Source: Legionellales bacterium (GTDB lineage: Bacteria > Pseudomonadota > Gammaproteobacteria > Legionellales > Legionellaceae). From it: 47,200 nt of DNA. Of the stretch, positions 27,586 through 37,871 are shown piece after piece; position 1 is the stretch's first letter; each line of letters opens with the position of its first letter. The position numbers and the translations under genes are program-made. The notes beneath the pieces are model-generated. The model saw only the letters and a list, made by a program, of their open reading frames with translations, did not search any database and was not told the origin of the DNA. Location of the stretch: the NCBI GenBank assembly GCA_021732495.1, contig JAKFUY010000034.1:1-47200 (forward strand), in the 5' to 3' direction.

Positions 27586-30351
27586 TTATAACGACTTAAT
27601 CATATCCAAGTGTTGCTGTCTTTTTTCCAGCAATTGTTTGGCTTGTTCTCGTTTTTCTTGTTCTTTGACCACCACGTCAGGGGGAGCTTTGTCACGAAAT
27701 GCAGGGAGACTGAGTTTTTTTTCACAAACGAGGATCTCTTGCTCAATTTTATTCATTTCTTTAAGCAACCTTGCAATTTCTGCCTTGCTATCAATTAAGC
27801 CACTCATGGGAATAAAAAACTCCCAGTCATCGACAATCGCAGAGGCACTGACTGGTACGGATTGTTGTAATCCTAGCGTTTGAATGGACTGAATTTTAGC
27901 CAGGCTTGCCAATAATGGTTGATGCAGCTCTAGTCGGCTAAAAGAATCCTTGCTGGGAATTTTTATCAGCAAAGGGATTTTTTTACCTGGGTTGACACCC
28001 ATTTCACTGCGAATGGTGCGAATTTGCTGAATAATATTTTGTAACCAATTCATTTCTAAGTCAGCTTTTTCGTCTAACTCGGAGTCATCAACTTTAGGAT
28101 ATTGACTCCACATGAGACATTCTTGAGATTCGCCAGTTAATTTTCCGATTTTGGCCCAAATTTCTTCTGTGACAAAAGGGATAATTGGATGACATAGTTT
28201 AAGAATCTGCGCTAAAACATGTAACAACGTTCTGCGCGTTCCTCTTTGACTTGCGGGCATGGCTTTTTCATCGTAAAGAGTGGTTTTTGCCAATTCTAGA
28301 TACCAGTCACAATAATTGTGCCATACAAAATCATGTAAAATTTGTGCCAACAAATCAAAGCGATAGTTTTCTAAATGTTGTCTTGCAAGGCGCACGGTTT
28401 TTTGTAGTTGAGAAAGGATCCATCTTTCAGAAAGTCCATATTGGAACGGACCATCATCAAAATCTTGAACATAGGCTTCAGTATTTTGCAATACGAAGCG
28501 TGTGGCATTCCAGAGTTTATTGCAAAAATGATGGTAACCTTCAACTCTTGCCATATCAAATTTAATGGTTCTTGATTGAGACGCTAGTGCGCAGAAAGTA
28601 AAACGCAATGCATCGGCACCATAAGCTGGAATTCCATTGGGAAATTGTTTTTCGGTGGCCTTAATAATGTTTTGTTTAACTGAGTTTATCATCAAATGTT
28701 GTGTGCGTTTTTCCAACAATGCAGGCAATGCAATGCCATCGATGATATCAAGAGGATCGAGCACATTGCCTTTGGATTTGGACATCTTCTTGCCTTCATG
28801 ATCACAAACCAAACCAGTAATGATGATTTTTTTGAAGGGGATATCACCTGCAAATTTTAGCCCAAACATGATCATTCGTGCAACCCAAAAGAAAATGATA
28901 TCAAATCCGGTAAACAATACCGTAGTTGGATAAAATGTCTTTAATTCAGGCGTTTGTTCTGGCCAACCCAAGGTTGAAAATGGCCATAATGCTGAAGAAA
29001 ACCATGTGTCTAGCACATCTTCGTCTTGTCGCAGTGCCACATTTTTATCTAAAGCATATTTTAAGCGAATATCTTGCTCGCTTAATCCCACATAAATGTT
29101 TCCGATATTATCATACCAAGCGGGAATACGATGTCCCCACCACAATTGGCGGCTGATGCACCAATCTTCAATGTTTTCCATCCAGTGAAAGTATGTTTTA
29201 GACCAGTTCTCTGGATAAAATTCTATAGAACCATCACGAACGGCTTCAATAGCAGGTTCTGCCAGCGGTTTGGTTTTAACATACCACTGATCGGTCAGTA
29301 AAGGTTCAATGATAGCATTCGAGCGCTCACCGCGGGGTACTGCAAGTTTATGCGGGTCAATTTTGACCAAGAGCTTGGCATTTTCTAAATCTTCAACAAT
29401 TTGTTTTCTGGCAGTAAATCTATCCATCCCTTGATAAGCACTGGGAGCATGTTTATTGATACAGGCCTTTTTAGTGAAGATATTAATCATAGGAAGTTGA
29501 TGGCGTCTACCCATTTCATAATCATTGAAGTCATGGGCTGGAGTGATTTTGACACAGCCACTGCCAAAGGTCGGGTCAACATTATCATCTGCAATGATAG
29601 GAATGGTGCGGTCACATAGGGGCAAATGAATGTGTTTTCCGATCAAATGTTGATAGCGTGTGTCTTGGGGATGAACGGCAACAGCAGTATCACCCAGTAA
29701 CGTTTCTGGACGGGTGGTGGCAACTACCACACTTTCTTTGCTATCGACAATAGGATAGCGAATATGCCACAAAAAACCATCTTCTTCTTGAGCAATGACT
29801 TCCAAATCAGACACCGCAGTGCCTAACTTAGGGTCCCAGTTGACCAATCGATTACCACGATAAATCAACCTATCTTCATAAAGTTGGATAAAAACCCGTT
29901 GAACGGCTGCAGATAAACCATCATCTAAAGTAAAGCGTTCTCGACTCCAATCCACCGATGTTCCAATACGTCGCATTTGTTGCGTAATCTGGTTGCCTGA
30001 ATTTTCTTTCCAATTCCATACATGGCTTAAAAATTCTTCGCGGGATAAATCTTTTTTGGAGATTCCCTGACGTTCCAATTGCGCCTCTACCATCAATTGT
30101 GTCGCAATACCGGCATGATCGGTGCCCGGCTGCCAGAGTGTTTTAGACCCATTCATGCGTTGATAGCGAATGGTGATATCAATTAAAGTATGCTGAAAGC
30201 CATGCCCCATATGGAGGGTGCCTGTCACATTCGGAGGAGGTAACATCACACAGAAGGGTTGACCATTTCCTTTTGCTGAGAATTTATATTGATGTTCCCA
30301 TAAAGCAGACCATTTTTGCTCAATGGCCTGAGGGCAATAATTTTTTTCCAT
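27586..30351 (-). CDS. valS: Valine--tRNA ligase
   Basis: HIGH-type motif (TLHMGHG), KMSKS motif and a C-terminal coiled coil. The start at MEKNYCPQAIEQKW matches the canonical ValS N-terminus; the ORF extends 13 codons further upstream. Confidence 0.95.
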   Translation of the reverse strand: MEKNYCPQAIEQKWSALWEHQYKFSAKGNGQPFCVMLPPPNVTGTLHMGHGFQHTLIDITIRYQRMNGSKTLWQPGTDHAGIATQLMVEAQLERQGISKKDLSREEFLSHVWNWKENSGNQITQQMRRIGTSVDWSRERFTLDDGLSAAVQRVFIQLYEDRLIYRGNRLVNWDPKLGTAVSDLEVIAQEEDGFLWHIRYPIVDSKESVVVATTRPETLLGDTAVAVHPQDTRYQHLIGKHIHLPLCDRTIPIIADDNVDPTFGSGCVKITPAHDFNDYEMGRRHQLPMINIFTKKACINKHAPSAYQGMDRFTARKQIVEDLENAKLLVKIDPHKLAVPRGERSNAIIEPLLTDQWYVKTKPLAEPAIEAVRDGSIEFYPENWSKTYFHWMENIEDWCISRQLWWGHRIPAWYDNIGNIYVGLSEQDIRLKYALDKNVALRQDEDVLDTWFSSALWPFSTLGWPEQTPELKTFYPTTVLFTGFDIIFFWVARMIMFGLKFAGDIPFKKIIITGLVCDHEGKKMSKSKGNVLDPLDIIDGIALPALLEKRTQHLMINSVKQNIIKATEKQFPNGIPAYGADALRFTFCALASQSRTIKFDMARVEGYHHFCNKLWNATRFVLQNTEAYVQDFDDGPFQYGLSERWILSQLQKTVRLARQHLENYRFDLLAQILHDFVWHNYCDWYLELAKTTLYDEKAMPASQRGTRRTLLHVLAQILKLCHPIIPFVTEEIWAKIGKLTGESQECLMWSQYPKVDDSELDEKADLEMNWLQNIIQQIRTIRSEMGVNPGKKIPLLIKIPSKDSFSRLELHQPLLASLAKIQSIQTLGLQQSVPVSASAIVDDWEFFIPMSGLIDSKAEIARLLKEMNKIEQEILVCEKKLSLPAFRDKAPPDVVVKEQEKREQAKQLLEKRQQHLDMIKSL

Positions 30352-30421
30352 TGGTTTTATCGTCGATTTCAAATGAGGCAAATATATCATTGCCTGTAAA
30401 TGAATTCATCTGTTTTTTGTT

Positions 30422-31603
30422 TTAATCGATAGAGAGTATTTTTTTCTTTTGGGCTGTTTTATGTCTTTCTGTTAATTCCACATCGATATATCGGTCAGTG
30501 GTGGCACTTGATGCATGGCCGGCATCGTCACGCACGTGTTCTCTGGGTCTGGTTTTAACATCTTCAGAGATGCTGGTATGACGCAGCCAATGCACAGTTG
30601 CAGCTTCTAAATGTGAGGCTTCTTCAAAAAGTTTTTGTTGTTTAAGTTTTTGAGCGGATATATCAAAACATTTTTGAATCAGTCTGCGGATAGTGACCGT
30701 TTCTGTAATTGGTCCATGGCCTTTGAGTTTGGGAATTAAAAATTGATTTTCACCAGGACTGGGAAGTGGGGGGAGCCCTAAAAAAATTCTCCAGCGCTTT
30801 AAGCTTTCTAATACCATTTCACTGACGGCAATTTGGCGGCGTTTATTTCCTTTTCCGACAGTGGTAAACCACCAGTTTTGATGATGATCTTTAGAAAAAT
30901 CATTCATGGTCGGTATCCATCTCTCGCTGGCAGTTAATTCCGATATCCGCAAATACATTCCATACATTGCATGTAATATAAACCGGGTTCTTTCATGCTT
31001 ATGGGGTTCGTGGGCGGCCATTTCTTCTACAGTCTCTATAACAGTCTGCCATTGTAAATTACTCAGTCGTCGAACAGGCGCCGATTGTTGGTTTTTTTGA
31101 ATAAATTTACTTTTTTGGCGCATGAGTGCAACAGGATTAATATCGACATATTCATCAGCAATGAGAAAATTAAAGTAGGTGCTTAAAATCGCAAAAACCT
31201 CTTGAATGGCACCTTGTGAAAGCAAAAATCCTTTTTCCCCTGATGTCATGACAAAAGGATGCCAATTTGGATTTGGCGTTCGTAGATGATTTTCTTCGAC
31301 AAATCGTGGGGCTTTAAAAGGGCCTATCCATTCTTTGGGCGGGTTTTGACAAAAGCGAATATATTTTTCCAGATCATGGCGCTGCAGTGTTTTTAAAGTG
31401 ATTTTTTGAATCAGCCAGCACCATTGCAAGAATCGTTCAACTTCTCGCCGATAACTATTAAAAGTGCCAATACGACCAGCATAACTTTTTAGAAATTCTA
31501 CACTATAGGCATAATCTTGTTGTTGTTCTAAGGATAAATGTGGAGGTGCACGATGCGCATGCAAGTATTGGGCTTGATCAAAAATTGCAATCGGTAGTGG
31601 CAT
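30422..31603 (-). CDS. Tyrosine-type site-specific recombinase/integrase
   Basis: 393 aa. The C-terminal catalytic region has HWLRHT, GHASSATT and DRY (R-H-R-Y type residues). N-terminal SAM-like core-binding region. Confidence 0.8.
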   Translation of the reverse strand: MPLPIAIFDQAQYLHAHRAPPHLSLEQQQDYAYSVEFLKSYAGRIGTFNSYRREVERFLQWCWLIQKITLKTLQRHDLEKYIRFCQNPPKEWIGPFKAPRFVEENHLRTPNPNWHPFVMTSGEKGFLLSQGAIQEVFAILSTYFNFLIADEYVDINPVALMRQKSKFIQKNQQSAPVRRLSNLQWQTVIETVEEMAAHEPHKHERTRFILHAMYGMYLRISELTASERWIPTMNDFSKDHHQNWWFTTVGKGNKRRQIAVSEMVLESLKRWRIFLGLPPLPSPGENQFLIPKLKGHGPITETVTIRRLIQKCFDISAQKLKQQKLFEEASHLEAATVHWLRHTSISEDVKTRPREHVRDDAGHASSATTDRYIDVELTERHKTAQKKKILSID

Positions 31604-31717
31604 CGTTTAAGACTTATCTAAGTATTTTAAATGATTGTAGCAAGTTCAAAAAATACTACAAGATTTGGCAATCCTTGCGTTTGTTAACTATGCTTAACTT
31701 AACATCGAGGGCGCATT

Positions 31718-33091
31718 GTGATTATTCGGAAAAATAAAAAGTATCATACGGTAAATTCTGTGTACACAGGACGTTATTTTTTAAAAAAATTTTTGGTGGA
31801 TAAGTTTAATCATCAAGGTATGGAAGCGCTTGTTGCCAAACAGCTGATACAAGATGAGCTGAATTTAGAAGGTAAGCCTATTTTAAATCTTGCTAGTTTT
31901 GTTACCACCTGGATGGAGCCAGAGGCAAACGATCTGATTATGCAGTCCATTAATAAAAATGTCATTGATAGTGATGAATACCCACAAATTCAAAAAATTC
32001 ATGCGCGTTGTGTGCATATGCTAGCTGATCTTTTGCATGTCACAAAGGAGCATGATTATGCAGGAACTGCAACCGTTGGTTCTTCTGAAGCGATATTATT
32101 GGCTTGTTTAGCACATAAATTTACTTGGCGTAATCATCGGCGTGCACAAGGAAAAGATACCAGTAAGCCCAATATAATTATGGGAGGCAACGTTCATGTC
32201 TGTTGGGAGAAATTTGCGCGTTACTTTGATGTAGAGCCACGCATCGTTCCTCTCGAGGAAGAGCAATACTTTCTAAAAGCAAAAGATGTAGCACCTCTGA
32301 TTGATGAAAACACTATTTGTGTCGGGGTTATTTTGGGTAGTACCTATACTGGTGAGTATGATGAAGTTGCAGAAATCAATGCGTTGTTATTGAGAGTCAA
32401 GCAAGAGCAGGGCTGGGATATACCAATGCATGTCGATGCGGCCAGTGGCGGCTTTATTTTAATGTTTAAAGACCATGATATTCAATGGGATTTTCGTCTT
32501 GAACAAGTTAAATCCATTAATTTATCCGGACATAAATATGGATTGGTATATCCAGGAATTGGTTGGCTTGTGTTCAAGGACGAACACATGGTGCCAGAAG
32601 AACTTATTTTTAATATCAATTATCTGGGAGGATTGATTCCTTCATATACCTTAAACTTTTCTAATAGCAGTGCCATGATAGTTGCCCAATATTATAATTT
32701 CTTACGTTTAGGACAAGAAGGTTATCGAAAAATTGTCCATAATATGATGAAGATTACCGAATATATTGTGAAAGGATTGGAGGCAACCGGTTATTTGAAA
32801 ATTGTTGGAACGCGACGTATGGAGCCTGTGATCACCATGCAAATGGTTCCAGGGACATCTTTTTCTGTCTTTGAGTTTTCAAAAGCCTTGCGTTGTTATG
32901 ATTGGATAGTTCCAGCGTATACCATGCCTAAAAATGTCGAGCATCTTGAAGTAATGCGGATTGTAGTTAAGGAAAACATGAGCTTAAGTCTTGCTGAAGA
33001 TTTTCTCGGTGCAGTCCATAAGGTATTTAAAGAGTTTGAAGGTAAACCCAGTGTTTTAACTCAAAAACGAGATGGTAAAAACTTAGCTTAG
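31718..33091 (+). CDS. Glutamate decarboxylase (PLP-dependent, group II)
   Basis: NLASFVTTWMEPE, HVDAASGGF and the PLP-lysine motif SGHKYGLVYPGIGW. Homology to GAD extends upstream of the first internal ATG, supporting the GTG start at 31718. Confidence 0.85.
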   Translation: MIIRKNKKYHTVNSVYTGRYFLKKFLVDKFNHQGMEALVAKQLIQDELNLEGKPILNLASFVTTWMEPEANDLIMQSINKNVIDSDEYPQIQKIHARCVHMLADLLHVTKEHDYAGTATVGSSEAILLACLAHKFTWRNHRRAQGKDTSKPNIIMGGNVHVCWEKFARYFDVEPRIVPLEEEQYFLKAKDVAPLIDENTICVGVILGSTYTGEYDEVAEINALLLRVKQEQGWDIPMHVDAASGGFILMFKDHDIQWDFRLEQVKSINLSGHKYGLVYPGIGWLVFKDEHMVPEELIFNINYLGGLIPSYTLNFSNSSAMIVAQYYNFLRLGQEGYRKIVHNMMKITEYIVKGLEATGYLKIVGTRRMEPVITMQMVPGTSFSVFEFSKALRCYDWIVPAYTMPKNVEHLEVMRIVVKENMSLSLAEDFLGAVHKVFKEFEGKPSVLTQKRDGKNLA

Positions 33092-33172
33092 ATTATCAGT
33101 ATAATTGAAGCAAAATTTTTGTTATGCTTGGCGATATATAATACTATTGCTTTGACTATTTAGGTTGTTTTT

Positions 33173-34105
33173 ATGCTAAACACTGCGGCTATTGATATCA
33201 CTTCGCTTTCCAAAATATATAGTAATGGCTTTAAAGCACTGAATGAGATTAATTTAGAGATTAAGCGCGGTGAAATTTTTGCACTATTGGGGCCTAATGG
33301 TGCAGGTAAAACTACTTTAATCAATACCATTTGTGGTATCTCTCAACCCAGTAGCGGAAAAATTCACGTCCTAGGCTATGATCATATCACGCAATATCGA
33401 CAAGCACGTGCAGCTGTAGGACTAGTGCCGCAAGAGCTGGCCACTGATTCATTTGAGACGGTCTGGAATACGGTGACTTTTAGCCGAGGATTATTTAACA
33501 AACCCCGCAGTCCTGCTTATATTGAAGACGTGCTCAAACGTCTTTCGTTGTGGGACAAGAAAGACGAACAAATTAGGCGTTTATCGGGAGGGATGAAAAG
33601 AAGGGTGATGATTGCCAAAGCATTGGCGCATGAGCCTGAAATTTTGTTTCTTGATGAACCCACCGCTGGGGTGGATGTGGAGCTGCGTAAATCGATGTGG
33701 ACCCAAGTAAGAAGTTTACGTGAAACGGGTGCGACTATTATTCTGACCACGCATTATATTGAGGAAGCCCAAGAAATGTCCGATCGTATTGGCATTATTA
33801 ACAAAGGGCATCTGATTTTAACAGAAGATAAAAAAGTTCTGATGGAAAAAATGGGTAAGCGACAGATGATTTTTGTGTTACGAGAACCCCTTGACAGCAT
33901 TCCTATAGGATTGACTAACTACCCTTTGATTTTGGAGAAAGATGACAATGGTGGCAAATTAATTTTAACTTACGATGCGCAAACTGAAAATGATATCTCG
34001 GATGTATTGGACAATCTGAAGTCCAATGGTATTCGTCCCAAAGATATTTATAGTCGCCAAAGCAGCTTGGAAGAGATATTTATTGAACTGGTGAATCTAA
34101 AATGA
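33173..34105 (+). CDS. ABC transporter ATP-binding protein (ABC-2/YadG-like)
   Basis: Walker [10 protein letters not shown], signature LSGGMKRR, Walker B ILFLDEPT. 4-bp overlap (ATGA) with the permease gene. Confidence 0.9.
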   Translation: MLNTAAIDITSLSKIYSNGFKALNEINLEIKRGEIFALLGPNGAGKTTLINTICGISQPSSGKIHVLGYDHITQYRQARAAVGLVPQELATDSFETVWNTVTFSRGLFNKPRSPAYIEDVLKRLSLWDKKDEQIRRLSGGMKRRVMIAKALAHEPEILFLDEPTAGVDVELRKSMWTQVRSLRETGATIILTTHYIEEAQEMSDRIGIINKGHLILTEDKKVLMEKMGKRQMIFVLREPLDSIPIGLTNYPLILEKDDNGGKLILTYDAQTENDISDVLDNLKSNGIRPKDIYSRQSSLEEIFIELVNLK

Positions 34106-34863
34106 ACATTCGTGGCATTTGTGCAATTTATAATTTTGAAATGGGGCGTACGTTACGTACGAAAGGGCAAAGTATTGCATCACCAGTTATTTCAACAGTA
34201 CTGTATTTTATCGTTTTTGGTTCTGCCATTGGCTCGCGAATGCAAGCGATTGATGGTGTGCCTTATGGGGCTTTCATTGTTCCAGGACTTGTTATGCTCA
34301 CTGTCCTTAGTCAAAGCGTCTCAAATGCGTCTTTTGGCATCTATTTTCCGCGGTTTACGGGCACAATTTATGAAATTTTAACAGCCCCTATGTCATTTGT
34401 TGAAATTGTATTGGGCTATGTGGGTGCTGCAGCGACCAAATCAGTGATCATTGGAGTGATTGTGCTGTTAACAGCATGTTTTTTTGTACCATTGCAAGTT
34501 AAACATCCGATGTGGATGATATTTTTTCTGGTCATGACCAGTGTCACCTTTAGTTTAATGGGGTTTATTATCGGTATTTGGGCCGATGGATTTGAGAAAT
34601 TACAACTTATTCCGCTACTGGTCATTACACCGCTTACTTTCCTTGGAGGCAGTTTTTATTCTATTAATATGTTGCCACCTTTTTGGCATCAATTTTCCTT
34701 GCTCAATCCTGTGGTGTATCTCGTCAGTGGCTTTCGCTGGAGCTTTTATGAGCATGGCGATGTGAGTATAGCAATCAGCGTTACAATGATTTTGACATTT
34801 ACAGGTATGTGCCTTGGAGTTATTGCTTGGATGTTTAAAACCGGATATGGTTTTAGAAAGTAA
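34102..34863 (+). CDS. ABC-2 type transporter permease (YadH-like)
   Basis: 253 aa, about 6 TM segments, translationally coupled to the preceding ATPase. Confidence 0.85.
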   Translation: MNIRGICAIYNFEMGRTLRTKGQSIASPVISTVLYFIVFGSAIGSRMQAIDGVPYGAFIVPGLVMLTVLSQSVSNASFGIYFPRFTGTIYEILTAPMSFVEIVLGYVGAAATKSVIIGVIVLLTACFFVPLQVKHPMWMIFFLVMTSVTFSLMGFIIGIWADGFEKLQLIPLLVITPLTFLGGSFYSINMLPPFWHQFSLLNPVVYLVSGFRWSFYEHGDVSIAISVTMILTFTGMCLGVIAWMFKTGYGFRK

Positions 34864-34902
34864 GTAAAAAGTGTCTCTCAATTAAGATCATTTTAGATAA
34901 GG

Positions 34903-35547
34903 ATGAAAATGAAATTATTTGGTTTATTTAAAAAAACGGTGACGGCTTTAAATAGCCCCATTAAAGGTTCCCAATTAGCGCGGAATTATAGCATTAATAC
35001 GCATCAAGCCATTACCGAAGGTTTTTCAGATCAAGAACTGACTGAATTTTATGCTTTAGCGGTTACGGAGACTTTCGAACCTGAGCACGTTATTTGTCAT
35101 GAAAATGATAAGCCAGATACTTTCCATATTATTCTTACAGGTGAGGCTGAGGTTTACATCTCAAAAATGAATGATGAGGGACAATTGGTGCATCATATGT
35201 TGGCAACGCTGAGTAAAGATGATGTCATTGGAGATATGGCGCTTGTTGAAAACAAACCACGTTCGGCCTCAGTTCGAGCAAAAACCGCATTAACCACGCT
35301 TACTTTCAAAATGGAGACAATAAAGGAAAAACCAGGTGTTTGCTTACTTTTAACCCGAAACATGGCAAATATATTGTCAGACCGCCTGCGTTTTAATAAT
35401 CAAGTGACGGTTAAAAAAATGGAAGAGAGTCTTGAGCAGGCACAGGCGAGAAACGTTTTAGGTGTTTTTATGGTGGCCATGTTTTGGGTTATCAGTTTGT
35501 ATACGTTATCATTAACTAAATTGATTGAAATTAATGAATATTTTTGA
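34903..35547 (+). CDS. Cyclic nucleotide-binding domain protein with C-terminal TM helix (upstream part of a reading frame interrupted by TGA)
   Basis: cNMP-binding signature GDMALVENKPRSASVRA, followed by the hydrophobic helix VLGVFMVAMFWVISLYTL. It ends at TGA 35545-35547, in the same frame as the next ORF. Confidence 0.7.
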   Translation: MKMKLFGLFKKTVTALNSPIKGSQLARNYSINTHQAITEGFSDQELTEFYALAVTETFEPEHVICHENDKPDTFHIILTGEAEVYISKMNDEGQLVHHMLATLSKDDVIGDMALVENKPRSASVRAKTALTTLTFKMETIKEKPGVCLLLTRNMANILSDRLRFNNQVTVKKMEESLEQAQARNVLGVFMVAMFWVISLYTLSLTKLIEINEYF

Positions 35548-35601
35548 GGATTCAATTTTTTATCGATAGGTTTAATTGTTTTCTTCACTATCGTTACCAT
35601 C

Positions 35602-36150
35602 ATGGCCATGCGCAGGACAGGTCTGCCCCTGTCTCGTTTTGGTATCACCTGGAAAGATTGGCCGCAACAAGCGATACAAGGATTCATCTGGACGTTGCCA
35701 TTAATGTTGTTATTTTTATTCATTAAGGCCTTTTTTGTCTATTTTACGGCAAATCCAAACCATCTTCATCTTATTTCTGGTATTGGTGAAGGCATGGTTG
35801 ATGGTCAATTTAGCCTTAGACTGTATCTCACTACGATGTTTTTATATGCAATATTGTGTCCTGTACAAGAGTTGATTGTGCGAGGCGCTCTGCAGTCAAC
35901 ATTTTATAATTTCTTGCCCGGTAATGAAGTATATAGAAAGTGGAATGCGATTATTCTTTCCAACCTTATTTTTTCATCCGTTCATTCTCATCTAAGCATT
36001 GTGTTTGCTACAGTTACATTCATTCCAGGATTATTTTGGGGGTGGTTATTTCATAAACAAAAATCAATAATTGGTGTATCAGTATCTCATGTTATGCTGG
36101 GTTTATGGGTCATCTTTGTTATTGGTGTCAAAGGGACTATTGCTGTTTAG
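35602..36150 (+). CDS. CPBP (CAAX/Abi) family intramembrane protease-like protein (downstream part of the same frame)
   Basis: Polytopic. Motif 1 is QELIVRG (canonical EExxxR, with first E->Q) and motif 2 is FSSVHSH. The 18 sense codons between the TGA and this ATG encode a hydrophobic stretch (GFNFLSIGLIVFFTIVTI). Confidence 0.65.
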   Translation: MAMRRTGLPLSRFGITWKDWPQQAIQGFIWTLPLMLLFLFIKAFFVYFTANPNHLHLISGIGEGMVDGQFSLRLYLTTMFLYAILCPVQELIVRGALQSTFYNFLPGNEVYRKWNAIILSNLIFSSVHSHLSIVFATVTFIPGLFWGWLFHKQKSIIGVSVSHVMLGLWVIFVIGVKGTIAV

Positions 36151-36156
36151 TATTTT

Positions 36157-36738
36157 TTAAATACTCCTTTGAGGTGAGCAATCAAATCTGGACAAATGGG
36201 GTAAACCGCTTTTGTCCATCCGTTCTATCTGCAACGATAACAATGCCACCTCGCATAGATGCTTTATACTCCAATTGACGTCTAAACTCATATCTGCTAC
36301 AGAGCGCGCAAGATAACGATTGCTCATCATGGCATGAAGTTTAGCGAGTTTGCTTTTAGCTTTTTGTCGATTACGCGAACCTTTGAGAAGCATCTTATGT
36401 GGCTTTGGGCCCGGAACAGGTGGCTCTCCCGTTGAAAACGCGGATACACCTAAATATCCACCCACAACGCCTTGGTTTTCAGCTTGTGGTAGTTGAGATA
36501 AATCTTGAGTATCCACTGTAATACTAACAAACCATCGATTAGCCACTCGGGATATAGTGACTGACATGACCTTGCCCCTAAAACGCAACGCCTCACGCAT
36601 TCGCACTCAATCTAAATTAGGGATGCGAATGCCTGAACCATTGATTTGAAATTGATCAGCGGTAAGTCGGGCATGCATTGCGTCCGGCCAAAAAATTCTT
36701 AAATGCCTCGCCCAACTGAATAATGGCCATTGATATTT
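36157..36738 (-). pseudogene. Decayed IS200/IS605-family TnpB (OrfB) remnant
   Basis: The translation contains IRIPNLD*VRMREALRFRGKVMSVTISRVANRWFVSITVD (the typical TnpB beta-strand region) with an in-frame TGA. It then has GSRNRQKAKSKLAKLH and LARSVAD blocks with an internal deletion, and the C-terminus is truncated. Confidence 0.6.
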
Positions 36739-37114
36739 TGGTAAATTCAATGCATGGTCGAGTGGGAATAAGCTGGCCTGATGTCGTTGATTATATCCAA
36801 TTCGCCGCACTGTAACATCACCAAATAAACTTGCTATGCTACGGCTGGTATTCGTTCGAACATGATTGAGCGTTTGACCTGCAGGTGAAATAACATGCTC
36901 GTGCCGAATCTCAGTATCAGCCCTAACATCCAGATAACCTTGCAACAGTTTCCGCAATAATTCGGTGCCTTCTTTTTGGATAAAAACCTCGACTTCACCA
37001 TGCTCCTATGTGGCACGTTCAGGCGACAACAATGTCACAATGATATTGTCTAATTGTTCTCGACAGGTAGAAAAAGCTGAAAATTCTTCTTGATTAGTAT
37101 ATGCTACTTGCATG
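36739..37114 (-). pseudogene. ISKra4-like transposase N-terminal fragment with in-frame stop
   Basis: The reading frame from ATG 37114 gives MQVAYTNQEEF...AT*EHGEVEVFIQKEGTELLRKLLQGYLDVRAD...FGDVTVRRIGYNQ...LFPLDHALNLP. This resembles the N-terminus of ISKra4-family transposases (from memory). It has one TAG and is abruptly joined to TnpB-like sequence. Confidence 0.45.
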
Positions 37115-37600
37115 AGGGTCCTTATTGGTAACTTATGGAATTCAGAACTGCATCAATACCATAATTGCTACCCTCATGCATCTCATTTAAAACCTAACTC
37201 TCTGATCGTTAATGAATAATCTTGTTTTTTTGTCGTTCTAAAAGATCTGCACCCATTTTATTTTTTGAACTTCCTAATTAGTTGATGTCAAAAATTTAGA
37301 AAAAATCATCAGCAGGTTATTTTAAAAACAGTGCAAAATTATCTCTTGGAAGTCGATAGAATTTTGAGCAATGTAATAAAAGGTATCAAGATGCTCCAAC
37401 TGTTGTGGAAATCAATTTGATCGGTCAAGCTGAGAAGGTCATAGTTTTACTGTAGGAAGCAAATCAACAAATTATTTCTAATTTGTCGGAGTAATCATAA
37501 AGCTCAAGTGGTAGTGCGACTGCTCATATCAATAAGCATATATCAAAATTCACAAGGCCTTCATTTTAAAATAAAAAATTGTTCTTTATGATTAAAGATG

Positions 37601-37638
37601 CTATACTACAAATGTAGCTAAATGTAACTATTGTAGGT
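37601..37638 (+). promoter_or_regulatory. Putative promoter/operator of the toxin-antitoxin operon
   Basis: TATACT -10-like hexamer, followed by the palindrome CTACAaaTGTAG and reiterated AAATGTAGCT / AAATGTAACT / ATTGTAGGT motifs at about 10-11 bp spacing, immediately upstream of the antitoxin ATG. Confidence 0.3.
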
Positions 37639-37640
37639 TA

Positions 37641-37871
37641 ATGATGGGTGTTCCTATTAGAATTGATGAGTCAATTTATAACGAGGCAAAAAAAGTTGCT
37701 TCTGCTGAATTTCGTTCTATCCCAAATCAAATTGAATATTGGGCCAAGCTAGGAAAATGCGCTTTGGATAATCCTGACTTACCCATCGAATTTATAAAAG
37801 ATGTACTTTTATCAAAGCTTCAGGATAAATCACTAGCGGAGCCTTTTAATTTTGAGGAAAAAAGTGAGTGA
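37641..37871 (+). CDS. ParD-like type II antitoxin
   Basis: 76 aa. The pattern PIRIDESIYNEAK...IPNQIEYWAKLGKCALDNPDLPIEFIKDVL matches the ParD_like antitoxin family (from memory). It overlaps the toxin gene. Confidence 0.7.
   Translation: MMGVPIRIDESIYNEAKKVASAEFRSIPNQIEYWAKLGKCALDNPDLPIEFIKDVLLSKLQDKSLAEPFNFEEKSE

Noticed and set aside
35545-35547. The in-frame TGA as a selenocysteine codon
   Set aside because: No SECIS-like hairpin follows the codon, the context is a hydrophobic membrane segment rather than a redox motif, and no Sec machinery is evident. A nonsense mutation or a sequencing error is more parsimonious.
37489-37535. tRNA-like D-arm string AGCTCAAGTGGTAGTGC followed by CTCATAT (a CAT anticodon-loop look-alike)
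   Set aside because: There is no complementary acceptor or anticodon stem, no T-arm (GTTCGAATC-type) downstream, the D-stem is mismatched and position 8 is not T. At best it is a decayed tRNA fragment, not a gene.
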